DNA of 64,000 bases from the human T2T-CHM13v2.0 reference genome, Homo sapiens. The DNA is taken from NCBI RefSeq assembly GCF_009914755.1, contig NC_060931.1. The stretch is one strand, 5' to 3'. Below, piece after piece: positions 63,043 through 64,000 of the stretch. The notes beneath the pieces are model-generated. The model made no database searches and was not told the origin of the DNA. It saw nothing but the letters and a program-made list of their open reading frames with translations. The position numbers and the translations under genes were made by a program. Each line of letters starts with the position of its first letter. Position 1 is the stretch's first letter.

Positions 63043-64000
63043 TTTTTATTATGGTAAAAAACATAAAATTTATTATCTTAACTATTATGTACATTGCCAT
63101 AGTGTTAACTATATGTACACTGTTGTATAACAAATATCTAAATCTTTTTCACCTTACAAAACTAAAACTCTATACCCATTGAACAACTCCCCCTTTCCAT
63201 TATCTCTTGCCTCTGTCAACCATCATGCTACTTTCTTTTTGTAAGAGTTTGCCTCTGTTAGATTCCTCATGTAAGTGGAATCATGTATTATTTGTGCTTT
63301 TGCTACTGGTTTCAAGATTCATCTATGTTGTAACATATTTCAGGATCTCTCTTTTTTTTTTTTTAAAAAAAAGGCTAGAGACTATTCTATTGCAAGTATA
63401 TACCAAATTTCTTTATCCACCATCATGTCCATGGGCATTTATGTTGCTTCCATGTCTTGGCTATTGTGAATAATGGGGCAACAAATATAAGTGTGTTCAA
63501 GATCTTGTTTTTCAGTTCTTTTGGATATATACCCACTAGAGGTATTGCTGGATCATATGGTAGCTGGAGTATTTTTTAATATATGGTTTATATTACCACT
63601 TATCTGATATATGGTTTGCAAATATTTTCTCAATTCTATAGGTTGACTTTTCACTCTGTTGATTGTTTTCTTCACTGTGTAGAGATATTTAAGTTTGATA
63701 TAGTCCAACTTGTCTATTTTTGCTTTTGTTGCCTGTGCTTTTGATATCATATCTAAGAAATTTTTGACATCAGTTTAGTAAATAAAATTATTTGGAATTA
63801 TTTGTCAGGTAATTCATAAATACCCGTTTCTTTACGGTAGGTTTCTGGAGATTTAATTGGCTTTTTTCATGGGACCATGTCTCCCTGTTTCATTGTATGT
63901 TTTCTTATTTTTTCGGAGATTTTTGCATTTGAAGAAACAATCACTTCTACTAGTTTTTAAGGACTGGATTTGCACAGATAATGGCCTTTGCCAGTCAACT
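63043..64000 (-). mobile_element. L1MA10/L1MB-type element with internal deletions, running off the window
   Basis: AACTCTATACCCATTGAACAACTCCCC tail; ORF 63553-63750 (AQATKAKIDKLDYIKLK) is L1 ORF2. Confidence 0.85.

Overview
This is AT-rich, CpG-poor primate genomic DNA, probably human. It carries AluY/AluS/AluJ, L1PA, THE1/MST and Tigger/MER elements, and reads as a gene desert or a very large intron. I find no CpG island, no credible cellular CDS, and no rRNA, tRNA or CRISPR array. The only recognisable protein fragments in the ORF track are decayed L1 ORF2 pieces; the rest are Alu, LTR, microsatellite or chance ORFs. Roughly half the window is interspersed repeat, ending in a deeply nested block at 53.4-64 kb. 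Subfamily names come from remembered consensus sequences and need RepeatMasker/Dfam confirmation. I found no new gene system. The main signal the repeats do not explain is a recurring set of locally templated inverted or direct duplications. These include a 117-bp inverted copy with a snap-back hairpin junction (43571-43687 vs 44606-44722), a perfect 27-bp inverted copy at 53.7-53.9 kb, and a four-hairpin mosaic at 8.95-9.07 kb. They resemble Pol-theta/MMBIR repair scars. Other items of note are two L1 twin-priming inversions, an old palindromic MITE-like element at 27.0 kb, a strong CTCF motif, a PBX-MEIS decamer in unique sequence, and three candidate + strand exons.
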